A DNA stretch of 64,000 bases, taken from positions 384,001 to 448,000 of the forward strand of contig JBGAON010000003.1 in NCBI GenBank assembly GCA_044221725.1, read 5' to 3'. Below, piece by piece: positions 32,189 to 42,394 of the stretch. The notes under the pieces are model-generated. The model ran no database searches. It had not been told where the DNA came from and worked only from the letters and a program-made list of their open reading frames with translations. Source of the stretch: Elusimicrobiota bacterium (GTDB lineage Bacteria > Elusimicrobiota > Elusimicrobia > F11). The number at the start of each line of letters is the position of its first letter. The first letter of the stretch is position 1. Position numbers and translations under genes: made by a program.

Positions 32189-32554
32189 ATGTACAACCCG
32201 GTTGTTCTCGATCACTTCCAGAATCCACGAAATTTGCATGAACTCAAAAGTCCGTCCGCGACCGGAATGGGAGCCAACCCCGTTTGTGGCGACGTAATGA
32301 CCTTGTATTTGGAAACCAAAGACAAAAAGATTTCGGCGGCCACCTACAAAACAATGGGATGCGGTGCGGCGATTGCTTCGGGTTCGATTCTTACCGAAAT
32401 GCTGAAAGGAAAAAATTTTGACGAAGCCAAGGCGATTACTCCGCAAATCTTGCTCGAGAAAATGGGCGGTCTGCCGAACATTAAGTTGCACTGTCCCGAG
32501 CTTGCGATCGAAGCGTTGAAGTCGGCATTGAAAGATTGGGAACGCAAGCAATGA
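32189..32554 (+). CDS. iscU: IscU/NifU-type Fe-S scaffold
   Basis: YNPVVLDHFQNPRN, NPVCGD, GCGAAIAS, LPNIKLHC. Confidence 0.9.
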   Translation: MYNPVVLDHFQNPRNLHELKSPSATGMGANPVCGDVMTLYLETKDKKISAATYKTMGCGAAIASGSILTEMLKGKNFDEAKAITPQILLEKMGGLPNIKLHCPELAIEALKSALKDWERKQ

Positions 32555-33666
32555 CCGAAAAGAAAAAGATTATCGTCGCGATGTCGGGCGGCGTTGATTC
32601 CTCCGTTGCCGCCGCTTTGCTCGCAAGAGAAGGTCACGAGGTCATTGGCGTTACGCTGCGTCTTTTGCCGAACGGCGGTGAAGGATTTGGCTGCTGCGGC
32701 GCTCCGGACGATCTGTTGATCGCGAAGCGCAGTGCCGAGAAAGCCGGAATTCCACATTATATTCTCGACTATTCCCCCGAATTTCAGGAAAAGGTGGTCG
32801 ATTATTTTGTGAATTCTTATGTGATCGGTGAAACGCCCAACCCATGCCTCGCGTGCAACCGCTACATCAAGTTCGATAAGTTGAAAAAGTTCGCCGATTC
32901 GCTCGGCGCAAGTTTTCTCGCTACCGGTCATTATGCGCGCATTACGAAGGACGACGCTGGTTACCATTTGTTCGAATCCATGGATCCCAACAAAGATCAA
33001 TCGTACGTGCTTTACAATTTTAATCAGGCGGGCTTGGCGCAAACGCTTTTCCCGGTTGGCGAAAAACCCAAGCCCGAAATTCGCGCGATCGCGCGCGAGA
33101 TCGGTTTGCCAAACGCCGATAAAGAAGACAGCCAAGAAATTTGTTTTGTGCCGCGGAAAGACTATCGTGCGTTTATCGACAGCAAGTTTAAAAAAACACC
33201 GGAGCGAATTCCGATAACGCTTCAGCCGGGTCCCATTAGGAATCAACAGGGTGAGGTGGTTGGCGAACACAAGGGTGTTGCCTATTACACCGTTGGTCAA
33301 AAGAGCGGTCTTAACCTCAAAACAATTGATCGGACCTACGTTACGAATTTGAACGCAAGCACGAACACTGTTGTCGTCGGCAGCGACCGACAAAGTTTGT
33401 CGTCGGGTCTGTTGGCCAACGATATGAGTTGGATCCACGGCGCCACTCCGTCATCGCCATTCGACGCGCTGGTCAAGATTCGTTACAAGCACGAACCAGC
33501 GGCCGCTACCGTGTTCGTTGAAAATGGCGGCATCCGCGTTCGGTTCAATGAGCCGCAACGCGCCGTAAGTCCGGGCCAAGCCGCGGTCGTTTACCGCTGG
33601 GACCCTCGTCTCCATGCGCGCGAAGTATTGGGCGGCGGCAAAATCATCTCTGCGCTAACCGAATAA
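32551..33666 (+). CDS. mnmA: tRNA 2-thiouridylase MnmA
   Basis: AMSGGVDSS, TPNPCLACN, ATGHYAR, KDQSY, SQEICF, PGQAAV. Confidence 0.97.
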   Translation: MTEKKKIIVAMSGGVDSSVAAALLAREGHEVIGVTLRLLPNGGEGFGCCGAPDDLLIAKRSAEKAGIPHYILDYSPEFQEKVVDYFVNSYVIGETPNPCLACNRYIKFDKLKKFADSLGASFLATGHYARITKDDAGYHLFESMDPNKDQSYVLYNFNQAGLAQTLFPVGEKPKPEIRAIAREIGLPNADKEDSQEICFVPRKDYRAFIDSKFKKTPERIPITLQPGPIRNQQGEVVGEHKGVAYYTVGQKSGLNLKTIDRTYVTNLNASTNTVVVGSDRQSLSSGLLANDMSWIHGATPSSPFDALVKIRYKHEPAAATVFVENGGIRVRFNEPQRAVSPGQAAVVYRWDPRLHAREVLGGGKIISALTE

Positions 33667-34754
33667 TGGTAAAGACACCCGACGTCGTCGTTCTGGGTGG
33701 TGGAATAATCGGTGCGCTTTCGGCCTACGAGCTCGCAAAAAGCGGCGCGCACGTGCTGTTGCACGAGAAATACAAATTCGGCGTCGGTGCCTCCGGCAAT
33801 TCGGCCGCCATGCTCGAGCTCCAGTTGGACGCGTACCGCGGTGCTCCGTTTGTTCCGCTGGCCCGCCGAAGTCATGAGCTGTTCCCCGACACCAGCAGCG
33901 AACTTCGCCGCCAGACCGGAATCGATATCCAGTTTCGCCGCTGTTCCATTTTGCAGTTGGCGTTGAATCAAGCCGAACAAGAATCGCTCACACGCGAATG
34001 CGAGCGGCAGCAAAGAGACGATTTAAATGCAAAGTGGCTTTCCTCCGCTGAAATAAAAAAACAGTTTCCTTCTCTGACCGAGCAGCAGTGCGGCGGCGCT
34101 CTTTACGTTGACGATGGAATGGTGAATGGCGGTCGATTCCTCGAAGCGGCAATCGCCGCTGCGAAAGGAGCGGGCGCGATTGTTAAGGAACAAGCCGGTG
34201 GTTTTTCGCTTCGTTCCGCGCTCGCTAAAGGAATTAAAGTGGTGGTGGCAGCCGGTGCATGGACCGATGACGTTCTTTCAGAAATCGATGTGAAACTCGG
34301 TGTTTCGCCGGTGCGCGGTCAACTCATTGTGTACGAGACCCCGCAACCCGTGCTCCCGTTTCCGGTGTACACAAAGACCGGCGGGTACATCACACCACGC
34401 GAAGATGGAACAACGCTTGCTGGTACAACGATTGAAAATGTCGGATTCGATTTGAACACAACGACCGCTGGTCGTACACATATTCAGGCGCTGATCAAAA
34501 CGTTGATGCCGTCTCTGCTCGAGAAACGAGAATTAAAAATGACGTCCGGATTGCGCCCGAAATCGCCGGATGATTTGCCTCTGATTGGTCCACTGCCGCA
34601 ACATCCCAACGTAATTGTGGCAACCGGACACTACCGAAATGGAATATTATTGGCTCCGATAACGTCAAAAATTGTTTCGGCCATGATTCAAAATAAACCC
34701 CTAACCATATCGGTGGATTCTTTTCTACCGACGCGTCTGTTGTCCCAGAGATGA
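33666..34754 (+). CDS. thiO: Glycine oxidase ThiO / DAO family FAD oxidoreductase
   Basis: GGGIIG, ASGNSAAML, PVRGQ, GLRP, TGHYRNGILLAP. Confidence 0.8.
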   Translation: MVKTPDVVVLGGGIIGALSAYELAKSGAHVLLHEKYKFGVGASGNSAAMLELQLDAYRGAPFVPLARRSHELFPDTSSELRRQTGIDIQFRRCSILQLALNQAEQESLTRECERQQRDDLNAKWLSSAEIKKQFPSLTEQQCGGALYVDDGMVNGGRFLEAAIAAAKGAGAIVKEQAGGFSLRSALAKGIKVVVAAGAWTDDVLSEIDVKLGVSPVRGQLIVYETPQPVLPFPVYTKTGGYITPREDGTTLAGTTIENVGFDLNTTTAGRTHIQALIKTLMPSLLEKRELKMTSGLRPKSPDDLPLIGPLPQHPNVIVATGHYRNGILLAPITSKIVSAMIQNKPLTISVDSFLPTRLLSQR

Positions 34755-35725
34755 ACTCTCCGTTTGGGTTGCTGGCGTTTTTGCATTGGAACCACGACTG
34801 GAATAACGCCCATTTCCCCGAGCCACTCGTTAAACAAGCCGCGAAACAGATAAAAGATCTTGGCGTCGACATGGTTCGTCTCGATGTCGTTTGGTCGGAC
34901 GTTCACACCGGTTTTCACAAATACGATTTTTCTCGATACGACCGCCTGATGAATTTGTTGGCGGAGCATGAGGTAAAGCCGCTCGTTCTGTTGCATTACA
35001 ACAAAGAACGGCTTGATGCGTCGGGCAAAGAAGTGTGGAGCGATCCGCCAGAATCATTCGATGAATACGCCGATTACGTGCATGCTACGGTGTCGCGTTA
35101 CAAAACCACGGTTCATCATTGGGAAATTTGGAACGAGCCCAATCATCCGGTTTATTGGTCAAAGCCAAAAGATCAACTAAAAACCTACGTCAACCTTTTG
35201 CGCAAAGCCTACAGGGCGGCAAAAAGCGCCGACCCGTCTTGCCTTGTGTTGAACGGTGGTATCACGGAGCCGGTTGTCGAAGATGTTGAAAATCTTTACA
35301 CGTCGGGCGGTGGTTTGTTCTTCGATATTCTTGCGATTCACACGTTCTTAAATCCCTGGGAAAATGATCATCAACAAAAATTTGAAGCGATCGTCGAAGG
35401 CGTGCGAAACGTGATGCTAAAACACGGCGATGAGCAAAAAAGAATTTGGATTACCGAGATGGGGTGCCCCGGTGTTCCGCAGCCAAAGCAAGTGAAAAAC
35501 TGGTGGGCGGGCGACAATCTTTCCGAGCAACAGCAGGCCGATTGGCTTGAAAAGCAATTTGAGATGATTAAAAAATATCCGTACGTGGAGAAATTGTTCT
35601 GGGCTTTTTACCGCGACACGAACGGATTTTTCAACGACGGTACCGACTACTTTGGCCTTGTTCGCTTCGATTTGTCTCCGAAACCGGCGTTTGAGCGGTA
35701 TCAAAAATTGATTCGCGCCCGATGA
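34751..35725 (+). CDS. Clan GH-A glycoside hydrolase (GH5/GH39-like)
   Basis: WEIWNEPN (acid/base) and IWITEMG (nucleophile); no signal peptide visible. Confidence 0.82.
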   Translation: MNSPFGLLAFLHWNHDWNNAHFPEPLVKQAAKQIKDLGVDMVRLDVVWSDVHTGFHKYDFSRYDRLMNLLAEHEVKPLVLLHYNKERLDASGKEVWSDPPESFDEYADYVHATVSRYKTTVHHWEIWNEPNHPVYWSKPKDQLKTYVNLLRKAYRAAKSADPSCLVLNGGITEPVVEDVENLYTSGGGLFFDILAIHTFLNPWENDHQQKFEAIVEGVRNVMLKHGDEQKRIWITEMGCPGVPQPKQVKNWWAGDNLSEQQQADWLEKQFEMIKKYPYVEKLFWAFYRDTNGFFNDGTDYFGLVRFDLSPKPAFERYQKLIRAR

Positions 35726-37770
35726 CCCGGAATCGGTGGATTCCGATTTATCTTGTGGTATTTGGCCTCTTGGCCGCGTCGCGATTTGTTTCGCTTTCCG
35801 AGCGGCCGCTGCACAACGATGAAGGCGTGAACGGGTTCTTCACATTAAATCTCGTTCGATCGAACACCTACCGCTACGATCCCACCAATTACCATGGTCC
35901 TTCGCTCTATTACGCGCAGCTCGTGACGTCGCGAATTTTTCAATTCATTGAAGATCCCCTCCATTTTCGGTGGAGCGATACGCGCGGCGTCACGGTTTTT
36001 TCGATGCGCTTCACAATCGCGGCGGTCAGTCTTCTTTTGTTTGTTGTCTTTCTTCTGAATCGCAATTTTCTGGGAGCCTGGGGCACGTTCGTCGCGGTGT
36101 TATTCCTCGGTGTCTCCCCCAACATCCTTTATTACTCGCGCTACTTTATTCACGAAATATTCGTTGTGTTGTTTTCGCTGGGTGTCGTGTTGTGGGGATG
36201 GCGTTTTGGGCTGGAGCGCCGCGCAAAAGATTTTTTTGTGTGCGGGCTTTGCGCGGTACTGCTTCTTTGCACAAAAGAGACCGGCGTCTTGCATTTGGTG
36301 GTCACGAGCGCCGCCTACGTGGGAGCGATCGCAATTTCCAATCGCCTGTCGGGTCGATCCCTCGCTGAAACGGGCCGCGCTCTTCGGGACGATGGCGCTA
36401 CGTATGTTGATTCTGTTCCCAAAGCTCTGCCGCTCATCGTTGTGGCGCTGGTCGCCGTGTGGTTTTTGCTTTTTTCCTCGTTTTTCACAAACTTCGCTGG
36501 CCTTAAAGATTTCTTTTTGGCGTACGCACCGTGGTTAAAACAGGGTCTCAAATCCGGTCATGAAAAGGTGTGGCATTACTTTTTCACAAAAATTCTCGGC
36601 CCGTACGAATATGGATTGCTGTTCGCCGCGCTCCTCAGCATCGTGCCGGTCATCGGTGAGAACAGCCCGAAAGGATGGTTTTTGTTGCTCTGGTCCTTCG
36701 GCACCTTCGCTCTTTATTCGGCTATTCCGTATAAAACACCCTGGTGTGTGGTGAATATTGTGATGCCGCTTGCGGTTTTTTCCGGCTACGGATTTCAGCA
36801 ATGGCTCGAATGGATGCATTCGCAACAACGCTACTCGGTTCGCAAGCGGTTTGGCGGAGCGGCACTGGCCGCTATGATGGTCGCGGTATTTTCTCAAGTC
36901 CCGCGCGCTTGGACACTCAATTTCATTGAGCCCGCAAACGCGCGGCATCCTCAAGTCTACGTTCACACGTCCCCGGACATTTTTAATCTCATCCGTCGAA
37001 TTGGAGTCATTGCCAACACCGCGAACGAGCCGAAAAAAATTCTTGTGAATGTGTTTGCCAAGGAATATTGGCCAATTCCGTTCTATCTCAAAGATTATTC
37101 GGAAGTAAAATTTTGGGGCCAACTCGCAAAAGTTTCGCCGATGGATGCACCACTGATCATCGCGAATCAGGATCAACATTCGCAGTTGCGCGCGCTGCTT
37201 CAGCAGACGTACACGATTGAAACCTACCGGCTGCGCGATGGTTATTCGTTGGATTTGTGGATAAACAACAAAAATCTCGAGCAACTTGATCCGGCGCAAG
37301 CGGTGCCGGATTTGTTGCGATCGTCTTTGAAAACAGCGCTCAAGCCGGGCGTAATTGAAACCGTATTTCCCCGTGCTTCGTGCAATGGTGGGCCGCTTTC
37401 ATCAAAGTCCGTAAGGCCCCAGTTCTCGTTTTTTTATAACGACAATTTGCGCAAGCCGTTTCCGTCGCCCGGTTGCGTGCAGTGGGACGGGTACGTGAAA
37501 ATACCGGAAACCGGGGTCACTCGGTTTATTTTGGAGTCGGATGACGGATCCAAATTATCAATTGACGGCGTGCTCGTCGTTGACAATTGGGGAAGCCATT
37601 CCAATCGTCGCGCTTCGCGCAACGTGAATATTTCGGCTGGCTACCACAAATTCGAGTTGCAGTACAATGATGTCGGCGGATTTGCCGAATTAAATTTGTT
37701 GTGGAGAGAACCGTCGGCTGCGGGGCTGAAACAAGAGCGGCCGATCCCCGAAACACTTTTTTCCCATTAG
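35722..37770 (+). CDS. TIGR03663/Agl23-like GT-C membrane glycosyltransferase with C-terminal PA14 domain
   Basis: RPLHNDEG, YDPTNYHGP, YYSRYFIHE, KET, YKTPW. C-terminal WDGYVKIP..ESDDGSKLSIDG..VDNWG is PA14. Confidence 0.8.
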   Translation: MTRNRWIPIYLVVFGLLAASRFVSLSERPLHNDEGVNGFFTLNLVRSNTYRYDPTNYHGPSLYYAQLVTSRIFQFIEDPLHFRWSDTRGVTVFSMRFTIAAVSLLLFVVFLLNRNFLGAWGTFVAVLFLGVSPNILYYSRYFIHEIFVVLFSLGVVLWGWRFGLERRAKDFFVCGLCAVLLLCTKETGVLHLVVTSAAYVGAIAISNRLSGRSLAETGRALRDDGATYVDSVPKALPLIVVALVAVWFLLFSSFFTNFAGLKDFFLAYAPWLKQGLKSGHEKVWHYFFTKILGPYEYGLLFAALLSIVPVIGENSPKGWFLLLWSFGTFALYSAIPYKTPWCVVNIVMPLAVFSGYGFQQWLEWMHSQQRYSVRKRFGGAALAAMMVAVFSQVPRAWTLNFIEPANARHPQVYVHTSPDIFNLIRRIGVIANTANEPKKILVNVFAKEYWPIPFYLKDYSEVKFWGQLAKVSPMDAPLIIANQDQHSQLRALLQQTYTIETYRLRDGYSLDLWINNKNLEQLDPAQAVPDLLRSSLKTALKPGVIETVFPRASCNGGPLSSKSVRPQFSFFYNDNLRKPFPSPGCVQWDGYVKIPETGVTRFILESDDGSKLSIDGVLVVDNWGSHSNRRASRNVNISAGYHKFELQYNDVGGFAELNLLWREPSAAGLKQERPIPETLFSH

Positions 37771-37839
37771 CGAAATCCTTCCTAACAATTTCCATCCGCT
37801 TTAAATAAAATTATTTAAATTTCCTTTTGGAGAGCACAT

Positions 37840-39849
37840 ATGCTGAAGCAAAGTTCGCCGATGTTGCGCTGGGCCATGGTATTTTCGTCCTGCCTGAACG
37901 TCGTTACATTAAAAGCCGCCGTATCATTATCTTCCAGTCCTGCGACCACATCGATCATTGGAATGGATTTCACGGACCTCGCGAAAATTCAAATTACATC
38001 GGTCGCTAAAAAAGAACAAGCTCTTATGCAGACCGCTGCGGACATTACGGTCTTAACCGGCGAAGAAATTCGGCGGTCCGGCGTGCGAAGTGTGCCGGAA
38101 GCGCTTCGCCTCGTTCCCGGACTTGAAGTAGCACGCACGGGCTCGGCCTCTTGGGCGATTTCCGCGCGCGGTTTCAATGGCGCGCTCGCGAACAAGTTGC
38201 TGGTGCTCATCGATGGGCGCTCTGTGTATACGCCGCTTTACGGCGGCGTTTTCTGGGACGTTCAAAATGTCCAGCTCGACAACATTGATCGCATCGAAGT
38301 GATTCGAGGGCCGGGCGCCGCCGTGTGGGGCGCAAACGCCGTGAATGGCGTGATCAACATTATTACCAAACACACGGCCGAGACGCAGGGTGGGCGCGTG
38401 AGCGGGGGCGGTGGCACCGAAGAGCGCGGTTTCGTGGACACCCGTTACGGCGGACATCTCGGCGAGACGGGGCAATACCGTGTGTACGGAAGTTACTTTG
38501 AACGCGATGGCATGAAGAGAGTGGGTGCTGGGGATGCGGGCGACGGTTCAAAAATGGGCTACGGCGGTTTTCGCGGTGATTGGTGTTATTCCGATCGTGA
38601 CTTGTTCACTCTTTCCACGGATATTTATTCGGGAACGGATACCTCGGACGAACCTTTCAACACGTTAACACCCCCATTTTCCACGGTGAAACCGACGGAC
38701 ACCGACTTGAACGGCGGAAACGTCAAAATGAATTGGGAGCGTAAGTTCTCCCCCCGATCGGGCCTCGAAATGCAAATGTATTACGACCGCACGCAACGAA
38801 AAATTCCGCTGCTTTTTTCCGAGCAAAGAAACACGTACGACATTGATGTTCGTCACCATTTTTCATTCCTGCAGCGGCAAAACATAATTTGGGGATTTGG
38901 GTATCGTGCGTCCCAAGATTCCGTTAGCAACGATACGTTTGGCCTCGACTTTCTCCCCGATGCGCACACGATGCAAAACGCGAATATTTTTTTCCAAGAC
39001 GAATTCCGGCCGTGGCGGCCACTGATTTTTACGATCGGATCGAAATTCGAATACAACGATTACTCCGGATTTGAATTTGAACCGAACGGTCGGGTTTCCT
39101 GGTTGATCAACAAACGCAACACGCTTTGGGGCTCTGTCTCTCGAGCCGTTCGAACGCCAACCCGATTTGATCGCGACGTTCGCGTATCGGCCGTTGTGAA
39201 TCCGACGCCGCTCACGGCGATTTCGTACCGCGGTGATCCATCGTTCGATTCCGAGGACTTGGTGGCCTACGAGATGGGATACCGCACGCAGCCAACGCGC
39301 CGTTTTTATTTGACGACCGCCGGCTTTTACAACGTGTACAACAATTTACAGAGCATTGAACCCGGTCCGATTTTTGTCGAAACCGATCCGATGCCAGCGC
39401 ACACCGTGGTTCCCGCGTATCTTCAAAATAAGTTGAACGGAGAGACCTATGGTTTTCAAATAAGTCCGGAACTGCAAGTTACGGATTGGTGCAAATTTCA
39501 AGCGGGGTATTCGTATTTTCATATGAAGCTTCACTTGGATAACGATAGTTTGGACACCGTTTCAATTGCTTCCGAACGAAACAATCCATCGAATCAATTT
39601 ATTTTTCGAGGCTCGTTTAATTTGCCCTACAAGTTTGAGTTTGATGGCACCTTTCGCTACGTCGATAATTTGCCAAACCTGGACATAGCGAGTTACGCCG
39701 TCGCCGACGCGCGGGTCGGTTGGCGTGGAATCCGTCACGTGAATCTTGAATTGATTGGGCAGAATCTATTTGAAACGCATCACGCGGAATTTCGCCCCGG
39801 AAACGAAGTCGAGCGCGGCGTGTATGGGCGGGCGACATGGGACTTTTAG
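37840..39849 (+). CDS. TonB-dependent outer membrane receptor
   Basis: Plug motifs LVLIDGRSVY and IDRIEVIRGPGAAVWGANAVNGVINIITK; terminal WDF. Confidence 0.92.
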   Translation: MLKQSSPMLRWAMVFSSCLNVVTLKAAVSLSSSPATTSIIGMDFTDLAKIQITSVAKKEQALMQTAADITVLTGEEIRRSGVRSVPEALRLVPGLEVARTGSASWAISARGFNGALANKLLVLIDGRSVYTPLYGGVFWDVQNVQLDNIDRIEVIRGPGAAVWGANAVNGVINIITKHTAETQGGRVSGGGGTEERGFVDTRYGGHLGETGQYRVYGSYFERDGMKRVGAGDAGDGSKMGYGGFRGDWCYSDRDLFTLSTDIYSGTDTSDEPFNTLTPPFSTVKPTDTDLNGGNVKMNWERKFSPRSGLEMQMYYDRTQRKIPLLFSEQRNTYDIDVRHHFSFLQRQNIIWGFGYRASQDSVSNDTFGLDFLPDAHTMQNANIFFQDEFRPWRPLIFTIGSKFEYNDYSGFEFEPNGRVSWLINKRNTLWGSVSRAVRTPTRFDRDVRVSAVVNPTPLTAISYRGDPSFDSEDLVAYEMGYRTQPTRRFYLTTAGFYNVYNNLQSIEPGPIFVETDPMPAHTVVPAYLQNKLNGETYGFQISPELQVTDWCKFQAGYSYFHMKLHLDNDSLDTVSIASERNNPSNQFIFRGSFNLPYKFEFDGTFRYVDNLPNLDIASYAVADARVGWRGIRHVNLELIGQNLFETHHAEFRPGNEVERGVYGRATWDF

Positions 39850-39857
39850 GCTGACGC

Positions 39858-40457
39858 GTGAGATACCCTAACCAAAAAAAATATAGAGCTGTGGGTTTGG
39901 CTGTATTAACGCAGGTCCTGCTCGGGCCGGGCGCGCTTCGGATATTGAAAGCGGAGCCCTCGACCATGAACAGCGACCAGATTTTGCCGATGGAATTCCG
40001 CGTAAAAGCGGCTTACCTTTTTAACTTTGCGCGTTTCGTCGAATGGCCGTCCGCGGACATGGCGCCGGTGGCCACTGAGAACGTAAAGCCGCTTTTGATT
40101 GGGATTGTTGGGACGGATTTGTTTTCGTCGGTTCTCGGAAGCCTATTGGACGGCAAGGTCGTGTCGGGACGGACGATACAGGTTGTGTCGGTACGATCTC
40201 CGTCGCAGATTCATGCGCTCGATATCCTTTACTTCGCGCGGTCCGCAGAAGATGAGATGGCGGCGATTTTTGAAAATATTCGTGGGCGTCCCATATTGAC
40301 GGTCAGCGAAAATCGACGCTTCCTCGAAAAGGGAGGCATGGTAAAGCTCATTGTTGGCGACGATAATGTGCAGTTTGCGGTCAATCTCAAAACTGTTAAG
40401 GAAAGCAATTTGAAAATAAGCGCGCAGATGCTGCAATGCGCGAAGGAAATTGAATGA
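39858..40457 (+). CDS. YfiR family (DUF4154) periplasmic protein
   Basis: EFRVKAAYLFNFARFVEWP, ILTVSE, LKISAQML. Confidence 0.88.
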   Translation: MRYPNQKKYRAVGLAVLTQVLLGPGALRILKAEPSTMNSDQILPMEFRVKAAYLFNFARFVEWPSADMAPVATENVKPLLIGIVGTDLFSSVLGSLLDGKVVSGRTIQVVSVRSPSQIHALDILYFARSAEDEMAAIFENIRGRPILTVSENRRFLEKGGMVKLIVGDDNVQFAVNLKTVKESNLKISAQMLQCAKEIE

Positions 40458-41959
40458 TTGGTCTTAAAAAATTTCGCGATTTAACGATTAATGAAAAAAT
40501 TGGTCGCGCTATTCTTTACACGAGTCTGTTGGCGCTGTTGATTTCATCGGGCAGTATCATTGTGTTTGAATATTTTGCGTTTCGTCGCGCGGCGCTCGAT
40601 AATCTTGTCTTCACCGGCGAAATCATTGGTAGCGGAATAACCGGGGCCGTTGCTTTTGGCGACGCCGCGGCGGCCGATCTCGTTCTTTCCCGCTTGAGCG
40701 ATCAACCATCGATCATCGCGGCGCAGGTGTACGACAATCAAGGCAAGCCGTTCGCGACGTACGTGCGATCGAACGACAATTTCGGTTTCCCCTCGGTTCC
40801 CTTTGGGGACAAAAAGTTCATCGCCGGCGGACATTTAAAATCGTTTCAGGGTATTTACTACCGAAAAGATCGGATTGGAACAATTTATTTGGAATCCGAT
40901 ATGCGGCGTGTTCACCGGCGGCTCACGCGCTACAGCGTGATTGTGTTAACCGTGCTTTTGCTTCTTTTGCCGTTCGTCTATCTTGTGTCGAAACTAATGG
41001 AGAAATTAATTTCCGATCCGTTGCGCGATTTGGCGGTCGTGGCCGAACAAATCGCAACGAAAAAGACGTACACGCTTCGGGCGACTTACAACGCGCGCGA
41101 TGACATTGGGCGATTGATCCAAGCATTTAATTACATGTTGGATTCCGTCGACACGCGCGACAAAAAACTTGTGCAACAAGCCGAGGAATTGTGGCGATCG
41201 AACAAGGAATTGGAGCAGTTCGCGTACATCAGTTCCCATGACTTGCAAGAACCTTTGCGAAAGATCACGACGTACTCCCAACTCTTGGAGATGGAATACA
41301 AAGACAAGATACAGGGTAACGGTCAGCGTTTCATTAACAATATTTGCACCTGTGTCGATCGCATGAGAAATCTTATCGATGATTTGTTGGCCTACTCGCG
41401 CGCAACCCGCGCGGAACAAAGAATTGAAAAGATTGATCTGCGCCAGGTTTTGGCCGAAATCATCAATGATTTGGAATTTTCAATTAAAGAAAACAACGCA
41501 CGCGTTGTTTTCGACACGTTGCCCATCGTTCAAGGCAATGTGTTTCAGATGAAGCAATTGTTTCAAAATCTCATTTCAAACGCGATTAAATTTCATGGCG
41601 CCGAACCACCGCTGGTTCGTGTGACAGGCCGGCAAGAAGACCACAAATGGGTGTTTGGCGTGCACGACAATGGGATCGGAATTGAGTCACGTTACTTCGA
41701 GCAGATTTTTAAAGTCTTCCAGCGGTTGCACCGACGCGAAATCTATCCGGGAACGGGCATCGGCCTCGCGATTTGCAAAAAAATCGTCGAGCAATACGGT
41801 GGAACGATTTGGATTGAATCAACCCCCGGAAAAGGGTCGACCTTTTACTTTACGTGGCCGCTCGAAGTGACTCCGTCTTTACTCGTTCCGAGCGCGACGG
41901 CACCAAAAGTGATCGATGGAAATGCATCCGGATCCGTGCACGATCAAGTACAAAAGTAG
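40454..41959 (+). CDS. Membrane sensor histidine kinase (periplasmic sensor, HAMP, HisKA, HATPase)
   Basis: Two TMs, HAMP, SHDLQEPLR, QNLISNAIKF, DNGIGI, GTGIGL. Confidence 0.93.
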   Translation: MIGLKKFRDLTINEKIGRAILYTSLLALLISSGSIIVFEYFAFRRAALDNLVFTGEIIGSGITGAVAFGDAAAADLVLSRLSDQPSIIAAQVYDNQGKPFATYVRSNDNFGFPSVPFGDKKFIAGGHLKSFQGIYYRKDRIGTIYLESDMRRVHRRLTRYSVIVLTVLLLLLPFVYLVSKLMEKLISDPLRDLAVVAEQIATKKTYTLRATYNARDDIGRLIQAFNYMLDSVDTRDKKLVQQAEELWRSNKELEQFAYISSHDLQEPLRKITTYSQLLEMEYKDKIQGNGQRFINNICTCVDRMRNLIDDLLAYSRATRAEQRIEKIDLRQVLAEIINDLEFSIKENNARVVFDTLPIVQGNVFQMKQLFQNLISNAIKFHGAEPPLVRVTGRQEDHKWVFGVHDNGIGIESRYFEQIFKVFQRLHRREIYPGTGIGLAICKKIVEQYGGTIWIESTPGKGSTFYFTWPLEVTPSLLVPSATAPKVIDGNASGSVHDQVQK

Positions 41960-42325
41960 AACAATATAAAGGTACTCGGACATCGCAAAAAGGTCTCCGA
42001 GTTCACTGATGTCTTTCATTTTGGCCGTGAAGATCGCAACCACCATCGTTCCAATCAGCGGAATGGACGCGAAACGCGTGAAAAGTCCCAACAACACCAA
42101 CAATCCGCAACCAAATTCGACGCAGGCGACGAATGGAGCTTGAATGTTTGCCGCCGGAATGCCGAGCTCGGTAAAAAACTCGACGACTTTATCCAGGTGA
42201 TGAAGTTTTCCCCATCCCGACTGGATGAAAATGTAACCAATCGTTACACGGGCCAACACGGCCGGCAACCAACCTAATTTGCTGCAAATGTTTCGAAAAC
42301 GACTTGCGATGCCATTATTATCCAT
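41879..42325 (-). CDS. DoxX family membrane protein
   Basis: RVTIGYIFIQSGWGK, EFGCGLLVLLGLFTR, G.ISID; AGGAGG upstream. Confidence 0.9.
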   Translation of the reverse strand: MDNNGIASRFRNICSKLGWLPAVLARVTIGYIFIQSGWGKLHHLDKVVEFFTELGIPAANIQAPFVACVEFGCGLLVLLGLFTRFASIPLIGTMVVAIFTAKMKDISELGDLFAMSEYLYIVLLLYLIVHGSGCISIDHFWCRRARNE

Positions 42326-42394
42326 TCCGATCCTCCTGCTTCAATCACACTGCGCTGTATGTTAGCGAGGCGGGCCCTTCTTATCAAATTAATT

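Noticed and set aside
31481..33438. Long antisense ORFs of 356 and 364 aa
   Set aside because: Shadows of iscS/iscU/mnmA with no recognisable motifs. The same applies to 8603-9700 opposite rpsA and 5303-6157.
37800..37819. AT-only palindrome upstream of the TonB receptor as a Fur box
   Set aside because: TTTAAATAA-AA-TTATTTAAA does not match GATAATGATAATCATTATC and could arise from AT-richness.
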